64,000 nt of DNA from NCBI GenBank assembly GCA_016711605.1, contig JADJSS010000004.1, positions 130,320 through 194,319 on the forward strand, given 5' to 3'. Source of the DNA: Saprospirales bacterium (lineage in GTDB: Bacteria > Bacteroidota > Bacteroidia > Chitinophagales > JADIYW01). The notes beneath the pieces are model-generated. The model saw only the letters and a list, made by a program, of their open reading frames with translations. It made no database searches and was not told where the DNA came from. Within the stretch, counting starts at the first letter, position 1. The number at the start of each line of letters is the position of its first letter. Position numbers and translations under genes: made by a program. This document shows positions 55,553 to 63,992 of the stretch, piece after piece.

Positions 55553-55608
55553 GTATAAAATTTACAATTTTTAACACTTTAACTATTGTATCTTTTTATT
55601 TTAACCAT

Positions 55609-55616
55609 TACTTTTG
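55609..55616 (+). promoter_or_regulatory. Bacteroidota -7 box TACTTTTG for small lipoprotein gene 2
   Basis: Exact TAnnTTTG match 23 nt upstream of ATG 55640. Confidence 0.55.
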
Positions 55617-55639
55617 CACCAATTAAACCAATTTTAAAA

Positions 55640-55942
55640 ATGAAAAAATTATTCGTATTATTCGCTGCTGCTACTTTATTAGTAGGAGTTCAAGCATGTA
55701 AACAACAAGCTACTGAAGCAACTGAAACTGCTACTGAAGCAACTGAAACTGCTGTTGACGCTGTAGTTGATGCAACTACTGCTGCTGTTGATTCAACAAC
55801 TGCTGCTGTTGCTACAACAGCTACTGATGCTGCTACTGCAGTTAAAGATGCTGCTACTGGTGCTGCAGACAAAGCTAAAGACGCTGCTGCTGCAGGTGTT
55901 GATAAAGCTGCTGCTGCTGCTAAAGACGCTATCAAAAAATAA
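55640..55942 (+). CDS. Small Ala/Thr/Asp-rich lipoprotein (paralogue 2)
   Basis: It begins MKKLFVLFAAATLLVGVQAC. Its signal peptide is nearly identical to paralogue 1 at both the DNA and protein level. A 100-aa Ala-rich helical-looking tail follows. Confidence 0.65.
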   Translation: MKKLFVLFAAATLLVGVQACKQQATEATETATEATETAVDAVVDATTAAVDSTTAAVATTATDAATAVKDAATGAADKAKDAAAAGVDKAAAAAKDAIKK

Positions 55943-55956
55943 TTTCAACCGAAATT

Positions 55957-55990
55957 AAAAAAAATGCCTCACCATTTGGTGAGGCATTTT
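55957..55990. terminator. Bidirectional rho-independent terminator
   Basis: Stem aaatgcctcacc (55962-55973), loop attt, stem ggtgaggcattt (55978-55989). It lies between convergent genes. Confidence 0.8.
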
Positions 55991-56011
55991 AATTTCTACC
56001 AACTTATATAG

Positions 56012-56263
56012 CTATTTATTTATAACTATAGTTGGTTTTGAATTTTCTGAAGTTGATTTTTCCTCTTTTTTGAAAATATTTGGCATTTCAAATCCAAAAT
56101 ACTTAAAAGCTGCAATAAGAATAAAAACAGCACCAGCTTCATCTAAATTTCCAATTAATGGAATATTATCTGGAATCAATTCAATAAATCCTGCTGTCGG
56201 ATTGATTAAATAAAAAATAGCGAAGAAAGCTACTCCAATTACAGTCAAATCTTGTTTTTTCAT
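56012..56263 (-). CDS. DUF1232 (YkvA-like) small membrane protein
   Basis: It has the motif LIPDNIPLIGNLDEAGAVFILIAAFKYF and two TM helices. Confidence 0.65.
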   Translation of the reverse strand: MKKQDLTVIGVAFFAIFYLINPTAGFIELIPDNIPLIGNLDEAGAVFILIAAFKYFGFEMPNIFKKEEKSTSENSKPTIVINK

Positions 56264-56342
56264 TTTATTATGTTGTTTATTTTTAAGATAACATTACAAA
56301 CGACATACCAAATGAAATAGTTCAATAAAATTTTTTTTTAAC

Positions 56343-56375
56343 AAAAAAAAAGACTTGGCTAAACCAAGTCTTTTT
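56343..56375 (-). terminator. Rho-independent terminator after the tRNA
   Basis: Stem aagacttgg (56350-56358) pairs with ccaagtctt (56364-56372), followed by a T-run on the minus strand. Confidence 0.75.
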
Positions 56376-56376
56376 G

Positions 56377-56450
56377 TAGCGAGGACGGGAATTGAACCCG
56401 TGACCTCAGGGTTATGAATCCTGCGCTCTAACCATCTGAGCTACCTCGCC
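56377..56450 (-). tRNA. tRNA with CAU anticodon (Met elongator type; Ile2-lysidine type cannot be excluded)
   Basis: The minus strand reads GGCGAGG TA GCTC AGATGGTTA GAGC G CAGGA TTCATAA CCCTG AGGTC ACGGG TTCAATT CCCGT CCTCGCT A. This is a full cloverleaf with the TTCAATT T-loop, a G1-U72 wobble, and no encoded CCA. Confidence 0.9.
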
Positions 56451-56559
56451 ATGAAATCGTAATTTCGAGGTGCAAATGTACAATTTTTAAATTAATTTGT
56501 AACTATATTTTCTTTAAATCTCTTTTTTTTGTAATCTTGTACTATAAAGTTTTTTATAA

Positions 56560-56871
56560 ATGAATATTCGTGCTTTTAATACTGATACTAAATTTAATGA
56601 AGATGTTGATGTTTTGGAAGAGATTGAAAATAAGGTAGAGTTTAGTCATCAATTGGTAGTTTACAACGATGATGTAAATACATTTGATTGGGTCATTGAA
56701 TCATTAATGGTAATTTGTAATCACACACACGAACAAGCTACACAGTGTTCGATGTTCATTCATTTTAAAGGAAAATATGCTGTTAAACATGGCACAGAAA
56801 TAGAGCTTATTCCAATGAAAGATGCTTTACACGACAGAGGAATTTCTGCTGTTATTGAATCTTGTAATTAA
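56560..56871 (+). CDS. clpS: ATP-dependent Clp protease adaptor ClpS
   Basis: It has the ClpS core: VVYNDDVNTFDWVIESLMVICNHTHEQATQCSMFIHFKGKYAV. Confidence 0.9.
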   Translation: MNIRAFNTDTKFNEDVDVLEEIENKVEFSHQLVVYNDDVNTFDWVIESLMVICNHTHEQATQCSMFIHFKGKYAVKHGTEIELIPMKDALHDRGISAVIESCN

Positions 56872-56876
56872 TTATT

Positions 56877-57557
56877 TTGCCAATTTATTTATTGAACGAA
56901 AAATTGCAATTTCCATCTGTTGAAGGTGCAGAAGATGGTATTGTTGCAGTTGGTGGCGATTTATCTTCAGAACGAATTTTACTAGCATATCAAAAAGGAA
57001 TTTTTCCATGGTATAATGAAGGTGAACCCATTATTTGGCATTCTCCTGATCCTAGATTTGTGTTATTATTAGATGATTTACATATTTCAAAACAGATGCA
57101 ACGCGTCATCAATAAAAATGAATTTTCGTTTACGTTAGACACAGATTTTAGTAGTGTCATTCATGCATGTGCTCATGCAAAACGTAACGAACAAGATGGA
57201 ACTTGGATCACCAAAGATATGATTGCAGCATACTGTAAATTACATGATTTAGGTTATGCGCATTCTATAGAAGTATGGAAAAATGATAAAATTGTTGGTG
57301 GAATTTATGGCGTTAGTTTAGGTAAATCATTTTTTGGCGAATCGATGTTTCATACTGAATCAAATGCATCAAAATTTGCGTTTATTAAATTAGTTGAAAT
57401 ACTAAAATCAAAGCAATTTCATTTTTTAGATGCACAGGTTTTTACCGAACATGTGGCTACTTTAGGCGCAAAAGATATTGACAGAAAAGATTTTATAAAT
57501 AGATTGGAAAATAGTTTGCAGCACGAAAGTTGGATAGGAAAGTGGACGATAGTTTAA
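56877..57557 (+). CDS. aat: Leucyl/phenylalanyl-tRNA--protein transferase
   Basis: It has GIVAVGGDLSSERILLAYQKGIFPWYNEGEPIIWHSPDPR and GESMFH motifs. It starts (TTG) 5 nt after clpS, the classic N-degron pair. Confidence 0.9.
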   Translation: MPIYLLNEKLQFPSVEGAEDGIVAVGGDLSSERILLAYQKGIFPWYNEGEPIIWHSPDPRFVLLLDDLHISKQMQRVINKNEFSFTLDTDFSSVIHACAHAKRNEQDGTWITKDMIAAYCKLHDLGYAHSIEVWKNDKIVGGIYGVSLGKSFFGESMFHTESNASKFAFIKLVEILKSKQFHFLDAQVFTEHVATLGAKDIDRKDFINRLENSLQHESWIGKWTIV

Positions 57558-57643
57558 CTACTAAATATTACTAAATTTTTATGTTGATAAAATTGATACA
57601 GATTTACAAGAGTTTGTTTAAATTTGTATAAAATTAACGTTTT

Positions 57644-57877
57644 ATGCCAAAAATGACCAAAGTATTCGGAGCAATTTTATGTGTTTTGGGTACAGTATAT
57701 TTAATCGTTTCCACATTTTTATATTTAAATAGTTCAGCATATTTAGATTATAATACAGGAAAATTACAGACAATGTCGCAAGCAGGTGTGTTTTACTATG
57801 CTATGTTTGCCTTCATCATTTTCGCATTTGGTGTTTTATTAGCAAAAGATAAAGTTTTAAATAACGATCATCATTAA
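57644..57877 (+). CDS. Small two-TM membrane protein, unknown function
   Basis: 77-aa ORF with two hydrophobic helices, followed by a terminator. Confidence 0.45.
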   Translation: MPKMTKVFGAILCVLGTVYLIVSTFLYLNSSAYLDYNTGKLQTMSQAGVFYYAMFAFIIFAFGVLLAKDKVLNNDHH

Positions 57878-57912
57878 GATGATTGTTATGTTTTCATGGT
57901 TATAAGTTTTTG

Positions 57913-57939
57913 TCCTCGAAGTTATTCGAGGATTTTTTG
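57913..57939 (+). terminator. Rho-independent terminator
   Basis: Stem tcctcgaa (57913-57920), loop gtta, stem ttcgagga (57925-57932), followed by T6. Confidence 0.8.
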
Positions 57940-57966
57940 TTTGAATATGATATGCTTGAAAAAAAT

Positions 57967-59180
57967 CTAAGAAATAACGCCAGAACCTATTAATTCATCG
58001 TCATTATACCAAGCTGCAAATTGTCCAGGCGCAATACCACGTTGCAGATTTTTAAACACTAAATACAAACCATTTTCTCGTTTATAGAAACAACAATCTT
58101 CTAATGGTTGTCGATAACGAATGCGTACTTTGTAGCATTTTTGTTCACCAATTTCTAATTGTAAATCTGGTCGTATCCAATGTATTTCGTCGTTTTTAAT
58201 AAATAGAGCTGGTTTATTTAATGCAAAATGTTGTTCGCCTTCGCCAACAAAAATTATATTTTCTTTAGTATCTGTTTGTATCACTAATAATGCTTCTTTA
58301 AAACCACCAATTCTAATGCCTTTACGTTGACCAATCGTATAAAAATGAGCGCCATTATGTTCGCCAATTATTTTTCCATCAATTGCAGAAAATTGGTTAG
58401 GTTTCGATAATTCAACTAAGTCATCATCGACACAATTATCAAAAAAATATTGATAAGAAATTACTTTATTTGGAATCAGCACTACGTTTCCTTTTTTGGG
58501 TTTTAATTGCTGTTGTAAGAAATCTGGTAATTTTACTTTTCCAATAAAACATAAACCTTGCGAATCTTTTTTTTCTGCAGTTATTAAATCTTGCTCTTTT
58601 GCAATCTTTCGCACTTCTGACTTTTGTAAATCACCAATTGGAAATAATGCTTTTGCTAATTGTTCTTGATTTAATTGACACAGAAAATAACTCTGATCTT
58701 TATTATTATCTTTTCCAGCCAATAAATGAAAAATTTTTTCTCACTTTCACCATCACTTTCACTCTTTCTACAGTAATGTCCAGTTGCCACACAATCAGCA
58801 CCTAATTTCATAGCGTGATTCAAAAAAATATCGAATTTAATTTCTCGGTTGCATAGAACATCAGGATTTGGCGTCCTTCCTTTTTCATACTCAGTAAACA
58901 TATAATCAACGATACGCGTTTTATATTCATCACTTAAATCTAATGTTTGAAAAGGAATGCCTAATTTTTGTGCCACTAACAATGCATCATTACTATCATC
59001 TATCCATGGACATTCGCCTTCAATTGTAACGCTTCCATCGTGCCAGTTTTTCATAAATAAACCAATAACATCATAACCTTGCTGCAATAATAAATAAGCA
59101 GCAACGCTTGAATCTACACCACCAGATAGTCCAACTATAACTCGTTTTTCACTTTGTAAAATTAACCAAAAGCAGACCAA
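57967..59180 (-). pseudogene. mnmA: tRNA 2-thiouridine(34) synthase MnmA, one frameshift at an A/T homopolymer (58729-58739)
   Basis: ORF 58671..59180 has the PP-loop [13 protein letters not shown] and ..[19 protein letters not shown], then loses sense. ORF 57967..58722 resumes at [18 protein letters not shown]. Adding one A to the A6 run restores ..[13 protein letters not shown]... The N-terminal start codon is uncertain (TTG 59180). Confidence 0.85.
58740..58769 (-). repeat. Hexanucleotide tract (coding strand AGTGAA-like x5) inside mnmA
   Basis: The plus strand reads ctcact ttcacc atcact ttcact ctttct. It encodes [10 protein letters not shown]. Confidence 0.7.
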
Positions 59181-59199
59181 ATAGATGTTATTTAAATAA

Positions 59200-59228
59200 T
59201 AAAAAACCTGCGATTTTCATCGCAGGTC
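59200..59228 (-). terminator. Rho-independent terminator of the metalloprotease gene
   Basis: Stem acctgcgat (59206-59214), loop tttc, stem atcgcaggt (59219-59227), followed by a T-run on the minus strand. Confidence 0.8.
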
Positions 59229-59264
59229 CAAACATAACATTCAATAATAACCCAAAAAAATGAT

Positions 59265-61733
59265 TTATTTAGCAATAATAATTTTTCTAAATGTGTTGCC
59301 TTCGGGTAGCCCGAATTTCAGTAAGTAAGTTCCATTTGCCAATGTTGATAAGTCGATGTTTGATTGCTTGTCACGGATGTTTTCGTATACATCCTGAAAA
59401 ACTATTTGTCCAGAAAGGTCAAATAATTCAACGTTCATTGTTTTGGGTTCTTTTAAAGAAATATTTATGTTAATGTTTGATTTTGCAGGATTAGGATATA
59501 CATTCAAATTTTCAAATTGTGATTCAATTTCATTTACATCAGTAGGTGCTGCAATTGAGAACGATGAGTTTTTTATGCAGTTGTTATTGTCTTTAATTAC
59601 TACTGCGTAATTTCCAAAGTTTAAATTAGTTAAAGTTGAACTAGTAATAGTTGCATTATTTATAGTATATGTATAAGGAGTGGCACCACCAGTTACATTT
59701 AACGTAGCTGAATAATTATTTCCATTTATTAGAAGTGTGTTTACTGACACTGAAATTGGTTGAGGTTGGGTAACTGATTTTGTACCACTAACAGTACAAT
59801 TAAATCCATCAGTAATAACAACATTGTAATTGCCTGCTGAAAGATTTGTTAAAACTGGATTTGTTTGATTATTGCTCCATCTACAAGTGTAATTACCATT
59901 TCCGCCAGTTGGATTTGCTTTTAATGATCCGTTACTTAATCCATTGCAAGTAACATTTTGAACTACATCAATAGTCATATTTATTGCAGGTGCTACTGTT
60001 ATATAAGCAGTTCTTACTAATGAATCTTTAGAAGTTGCATTATAAGCAACTAGTTTTATTGTATAGTTACCACTTGAAGTAAATGTGTGACTAATATTTT
60101 GTGCTGAGTAATCTACTGTACCGTCGTTTGAAATATCCCATTTCCAAGCAGTTGGATTACCAATCGATAAATCTGTAAAAGAAACAGTTAATGGCGCACA
60201 ACCTTTTATCTTATCAGCATTAAATTGAGCAGTAATTGGTGTTTCTGTTTGAACGATACAAGATGAAGTGCTTTTTTTATGTTTTGGATATACACATGTA
60301 GTTGTTATAATACTTCTATTTACAATATTGCTTACACTATTTACATCTGTTGCAGCGTTTAAAACTCTTTTAGAACCACCATTTACCATAGTTGGATACA
60401 TCAATTCTGCTTGATTGCCAACATGTCCTTGACCAAATGCGTGCCCTAATTCATGCAATACAACGCTTTCAAAATCAAATTGACCTGGATTAGGTAAAGC
60501 TATACCTAAATTAAATACTGCATCTGGACTAAAAATCATATCAATTGATTCTGGGAATATAGGTGTTGTATTACTGCATACTGAATATGTGCTATATGCA
60601 ACACCTAGTGAACCAGCAGGCAAAGGACAATTTGACGTTGCAAAACTTATTAGATTTACGTTATCCGTTTGATCTGCACATGAATTAGAAACGCTTGTGC
60701 TGCTAACAGATGCGTTTACACCTGTTTTGCAAACCCATTGATTTAATGCTCTATTAAATGTTTCTTTTGCTTCCTCATTTGTATTAAAATTAGTATTTAA
60801 ACTAAAAGTATAACCACCAGTTCCATTTTTATCAATTAAAACCAACTGGTTTTTTTTGTATTCAAATTGATTATACACAACTTCCAATATGCTTGGTGAC
60901 TCAATAACTACACCATTTTTATCTATTACTCTTACTATTCCATTTCCAGCACCACCATTTCCAAAGACAGAGGAACCTGGTACTATTACTTTAATTTCAG
61001 TATTTGACCAAGAAAGAATATACGAACTATCAACAGAGAAAAATGCAGTAGACGAAGTACTGTTTGCATTTCTGAACTGTACTGAAGATGTCGCAGCTTT
61101 TTCTTTAAATCCAAATCCAGTAATAGTTAGAATACTTTGTGTACCTGCAGTGATAGAAACCGGCGAAAAATAGGAGATAGAAGCATCACCATCAACGTCG
61201 TATGTTTCGGTATTTTCAATCTCACGCGATAATGAACTTGTGTTTTTTTGTATTAGATTAGTAACTGTAGAAATATTTTGGTAAGTGTCAAATGGATCAG
61301 CATATTTTCCGCTAATTACATCGCGTTGAATATAACCTTGCGCAGCCGCATAAATTTCATATTGTTTATTTTTAGAAAAATAATTTTTTAATGAGAATGT
61401 ACTCTTATTTAAGAAGAACACACCTTCTGAACCAATTTTTAATTCTGCATTCGGTTCTACTACCAATAATTTACCATCAATTTCACCACCAGGTGTGATT
61501 ACATCAATTTTTGTCGGTGCATTATTTTTTAATTGATTTGAAACTTCTATTGTATTAACAGTGAAAATAGAAGTTTTGTCTAAATTCCAAAATGATTGTT
61601 GATGTACAACCTTACCTTCAATAATAATTTCTGATTTGGACGTTCTGTCATCCAAAGATACTTTGGATAGTAGGCACGAAGCATCGCACCAATAGCAATA
61701 TAGCATTGCTAAAATTAACAAATAGGGTTTCAT
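59265..61733 (-). CDS. T9SS-secreted metzincin-type zinc metalloprotease with IPT/TIG-like, PKD and SprB-type repeat domains
   Basis: It has the HELGHAFGQGH (HExxHxxGxxH) zinc motif and a downstream Met-turn candidate (ELMYP). The PKD-like domain reads FTDLSIGNPTAWKWDISNDGTVDYS. There are two SprB-like repeats (CNGLSNGSLKANPTGGNGNYTCRW...). The Por_Secre_tail end is LNVYPNPAKSNININ...GTYLLKF.... Confidence 0.8.
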   Translation of the reverse strand: MKPYLLILAMLYCYWCDASCLLSKVSLDDRTSKSEIIIEGKVVHQQSFWNLDKTSIFTVNTIEVSNQLKNNAPTKIDVITPGGEIDGKLLVVEPNAELKIGSEGVFFLNKSTFSLKNYFSKNKQYEIYAAAQGYIQRDVISGKYADPFDTYQNISTVTNLIQKNTSSLSREIENTETYDVDGDASISYFSPVSITAGTQSILTITGFGFKEKAATSSVQFRNANSTSSTAFFSVDSSYILSWSNTEIKVIVPGSSVFGNGGAGNGIVRVIDKNGVVIESPSILEVVYNQFEYKKNQLVLIDKNGTGGYTFSLNTNFNTNEEAKETFNRALNQWVCKTGVNASVSSTSVSNSCADQTDNVNLISFATSNCPLPAGSLGVAYSTYSVCSNTTPIFPESIDMIFSPDAVFNLGIALPNPGQFDFESVVLHELGHAFGQGHVGNQAELMYPTMVNGGSKRVLNAATDVNSVSNIVNRSIITTTCVYPKHKKSTSSCIVQTETPITAQFNADKIKGCAPLTVSFTDLSIGNPTAWKWDISNDGTVDYSAQNISHTFTSSGNYTIKLVAYNATSKDSLVRTAYITVAPAINMTIDVVQNVTCNGLSNGSLKANPTGGNGNYTCRWSNNQTNPVLTNLSAGNYNVVITDGFNCTVSGTKSVTQPQPISVSVNTLLINGNNYSATLNVTGGATPYTYTINNATITSSTLTNLNFGNYAVVIKDNNNCIKNSSFSIAAPTDVNEIESQFENLNVYPNPAKSNININISLKEPKTMNVELFDLSGQIVFQDVYENIRDKQSNIDLSTLANGTYLLKFGLPEGNTFRKIIIAK

Positions 61734-61848
61734 GTTATGTTTTTATGTTTCGAAATAGGGTATTGCAAACTTATATCCTATTTTCGAAATTGTCAACACC
61801 AAAAAAACATATAATTAAAATAAAATGTATAAACAGCATTAAAAACTA

Positions 61849-61856
61849 TATTTTTA
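61849..61856 (+). promoter_or_regulatory. -7-like box TATTTTTA 4 nt upstream of the miaE ATG
   Basis: The sequence reads TATTTTTA CAAC ATG. It has one mismatch (final A) to TAnnTTTG. Confidence 0.3.
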
Positions 61857-61860
61857 CAAC

Positions 61861-62442
61861 ATGTTAGGTTTAAAATTAGCAACTGATCCGCGTTGGGTAG
61901 ATTTAGCTTCTATATCGATTGAAGATATTCTTACAGACCACGCATTTTGTGAACAAAAAGCAACAACTAACTGTATCAGTCTGATACAGTTATATCCTGA
62001 AAAGGAGTATTTAGTAGAAAAATTAATTCCAATTGTAAATGAAGAATGGTCGCACTTTAAAATGGTGGTTGACGAACTAAAAAAGAGGAATTTAAAACTT
62101 GGTGCACAGCGTCAAGATAAATATGTAGTTGCACTCAATATTTTTTTTAAAAAAGGTGGAAGTCCAGACGACAGATTCTTAGATAGGTTGTTATTAGCTG
62201 CTTTAATTGAAGCCAGAAGTTGTGAGCGATTCAGATTATTATCATTAGATATTAGCGATGATGCTTTGAAGCATTTTTATCATAAACTAATGATATCAGA
62301 AGCTACGCATTATCGTTTGTTCATTGATATTGCGGAACAATATTTTGATAAAGAAAAAGTAAAAAATCGTTGGAATGAATGGTTGGATTATGAAACAACA
62401 GTATTGAGTGAATTAGAATTACGCGGTGACAGAGTTCATTAA
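61861..62442 (+). CDS. miaE: tRNA-(ms2io6A37) hydroxylase MiaE
   Basis: It has diiron four-helix-bundle motifs: DHAFCEQKA, NEEWSHF, LIEARSCERF and SEATHYRLF. Confidence 0.8.
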   Translation: MLGLKLATDPRWVDLASISIEDILTDHAFCEQKATTNCISLIQLYPEKEYLVEKLIPIVNEEWSHFKMVVDELKKRNLKLGAQRQDKYVVALNIFFKKGGSPDDRFLDRLLLAALIEARSCERFRLLSLDISDDALKHFYHKLMISEATHYRLFIDIAEQYFDKEKVKNRWNEWLDYETTVLSELELRGDRVH

Positions 62443-62464
62443 TTAAGTTTGTTTTATTTTTTAT

Positions 62465-62509
62465 AAGTTGCTATAACTATCTAAAAAATACCACTTATAG
62501 CAAGTTTTA
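62465..62509. repeat. 45-bp hairpin element, copy A (downstream of the ATPase gene, between convergent genes)
   Basis: Arm aagttgctataa (62465-62476) and arm cttatagcaagtttta (62494-62509) form an imperfect inverted repeat. The element is about 85 percent identical to copy B. Confidence 0.8.
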
Positions 62510-62511
62510 AA

Positions 62512-63933
62512 TTATTCGAAAAAGCAATCCATCGTAATATTATTTTGTATTAATCCTTGTGAATACTGGTTTTCTTTCACACCATAAGTAGTAATCATTG
62601 CAAGGTTAATCGCTTTTTTTGTTTGTGTTTCAGTACTAAATAATCCAATTTTATTGCGTAATTTTTTTGCATAATCTTTAGTAATTATAAATTCAGTAGC
62701 AGAAAATTTCATTTCACATAAATTAATAACTTGATCGTTTCTGTCAATTACCAAATCAATTTGTGCGCCATCTGCTTTCTGATGACTGCGCCAAGATGCT
62801 TCAGAAGTGATGATTCCACTAATACCTAATGCGCTTTTTATTTGGTTGATGTGTAGCAAACATACTTGCTCAAATGCATAACCAGACCAGCTTTTATGCA
62901 ATGAACTGTTTAATGTATTTATCCAAAAATTTGTTGATGTGTTTTTCTTTGCTTGAATAAAATTAAAATAAAACAAGGTATAAAAATCAACTAATTGATA
63001 TAAACTTTCCCTGTATTGTTTTCCAAATGGAGTGTATTTTCTAATGAAACCACTTTCTTCTAAATCACGCAAAATTTTTGTAGTTCCACCACCATTCTGA
63101 ATTTTTGCTGCACGAATTATTTCATCTCTTGTTAAACCTTTTGATTTTTTGCTGAGTGTTTTTACTATTGCTTCGTAATTTTCTGCATGTTTAAATAAAG
63201 ATGCATATAAATTTGTAAACTCATCTTTTAAAATACCTTGTTCAGAAAAACAAATTGCATCGATATTTTGTGCGGCACTTTTTCCTTTTTTTATAGCATC
63301 TAAATAATATGGAATGCCACCCATTACGCTATACAGTTCTATAATTTGGTATCGATTAAAACTTATTTTTTTATACTTAAAATAGGCGTCACATTCTTTT
63401 AGTGTAAACGGATATATTTTCATTCGATGCGTAATTCTATTGTGCAAACCACCTTTGTTGTTAATGAGTTTATGTATCATCCAAGAAGCAGCTGAACCGC
63501 ATACAATTAATAAAATATCTTTTCTTGCAACAGCGAAACTATTCCAAAAATGTTCCAAAGCACTAATAAAATATGACTTTGGCGTATCTAACCAAGGTAG
63601 TTCATCTAAAAATATAACTTGTTTTTTTTGCTTATTTTTTTCTATTCTTTTTATCAGTTGCTGAAATGCTTCAAACCATGAAGTAGGAATTGGCTCTTTG
63701 TATTTTGCAAAACTAGTACACATGCAAGTATGAAAATTTAATAGTTGTTGTGGTAAAGTTGCATTTGCTAAACCAGTAAGATGAAATGTTATATGCTGTT
63801 TATAATATTCTCTAATTAAAAAAGTTTTCCCAACACGTCTTCTTCCGTACACAGTAACAAACTCTGATCTTTTTGATTGAAACAATTCATTAAATTGTTG
63901 TTTTTCTTCAATTCTGCCAACTATTTCGTTCAT
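62512..63933 (-). CDS. AAA+ ATPase of the archaeal-ATPase/DUF234 type (ATPase + winged helix + PD-(D/E)xK-like C-terminus)
   Basis: It has Walker A GRRRVGKT and Walker B VIFLDELPW, plus a wHTH-like segment LTRDEIIRAAKIQNGGGTTKILRDLEESGFIRKY. The C-terminal QIDLVIDRNDQVINLCEMKFS matches a D...E-x-K nuclease-fold motif. Confidence 0.75.
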   Translation of the reverse strand: MNEIVGRIEEKQQFNELFQSKRSEFVTVYGRRRVGKTFLIREYYKQHITFHLTGLANATLPQQLLNFHTCMCTSFAKYKEPIPTSWFEAFQQLIKRIEKNKQKKQVIFLDELPWLDTPKSYFISALEHFWNSFAVARKDILLIVCGSAASWMIHKLINNKGGLHNRITHRMKIYPFTLKECDAYFKYKKISFNRYQIIELYSVMGGIPYYLDAIKKGKSAAQNIDAICFSEQGILKDEFTNLYASLFKHAENYEAIVKTLSKKSKGLTRDEIIRAAKIQNGGGTTKILRDLEESGFIRKYTPFGKQYRESLYQLVDFYTLFYFNFIQAKKNTSTNFWINTLNSSLHKSWSGYAFEQVCLLHINQIKSALGISGIITSEASWRSHQKADGAQIDLVIDRNDQVINLCEMKFSATEFIITKDYAKKLRNKIGLFSTETQTKKAINLAMITTYGVKENQYSQGLIQNNITMDCFFE

Positions 63934-63947
63934 ATCTAAAAATTTAA

Positions 63948-63992
63948 AAGTTGCTATAAATATACAAAAAGATACACTTATAGCAAGTTTTA
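63948..63992. repeat. 45-bp hairpin element, copy B (upstream of the ATPase gene)
   Basis: Arm aagttgctataa (63948-63959) and arm cttatagcaagtttta (63977-63992). It has the same arms and the same 45-bp span as copy A. It lies 8 nt from the window end, so its context is unseen. Confidence 0.8.
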
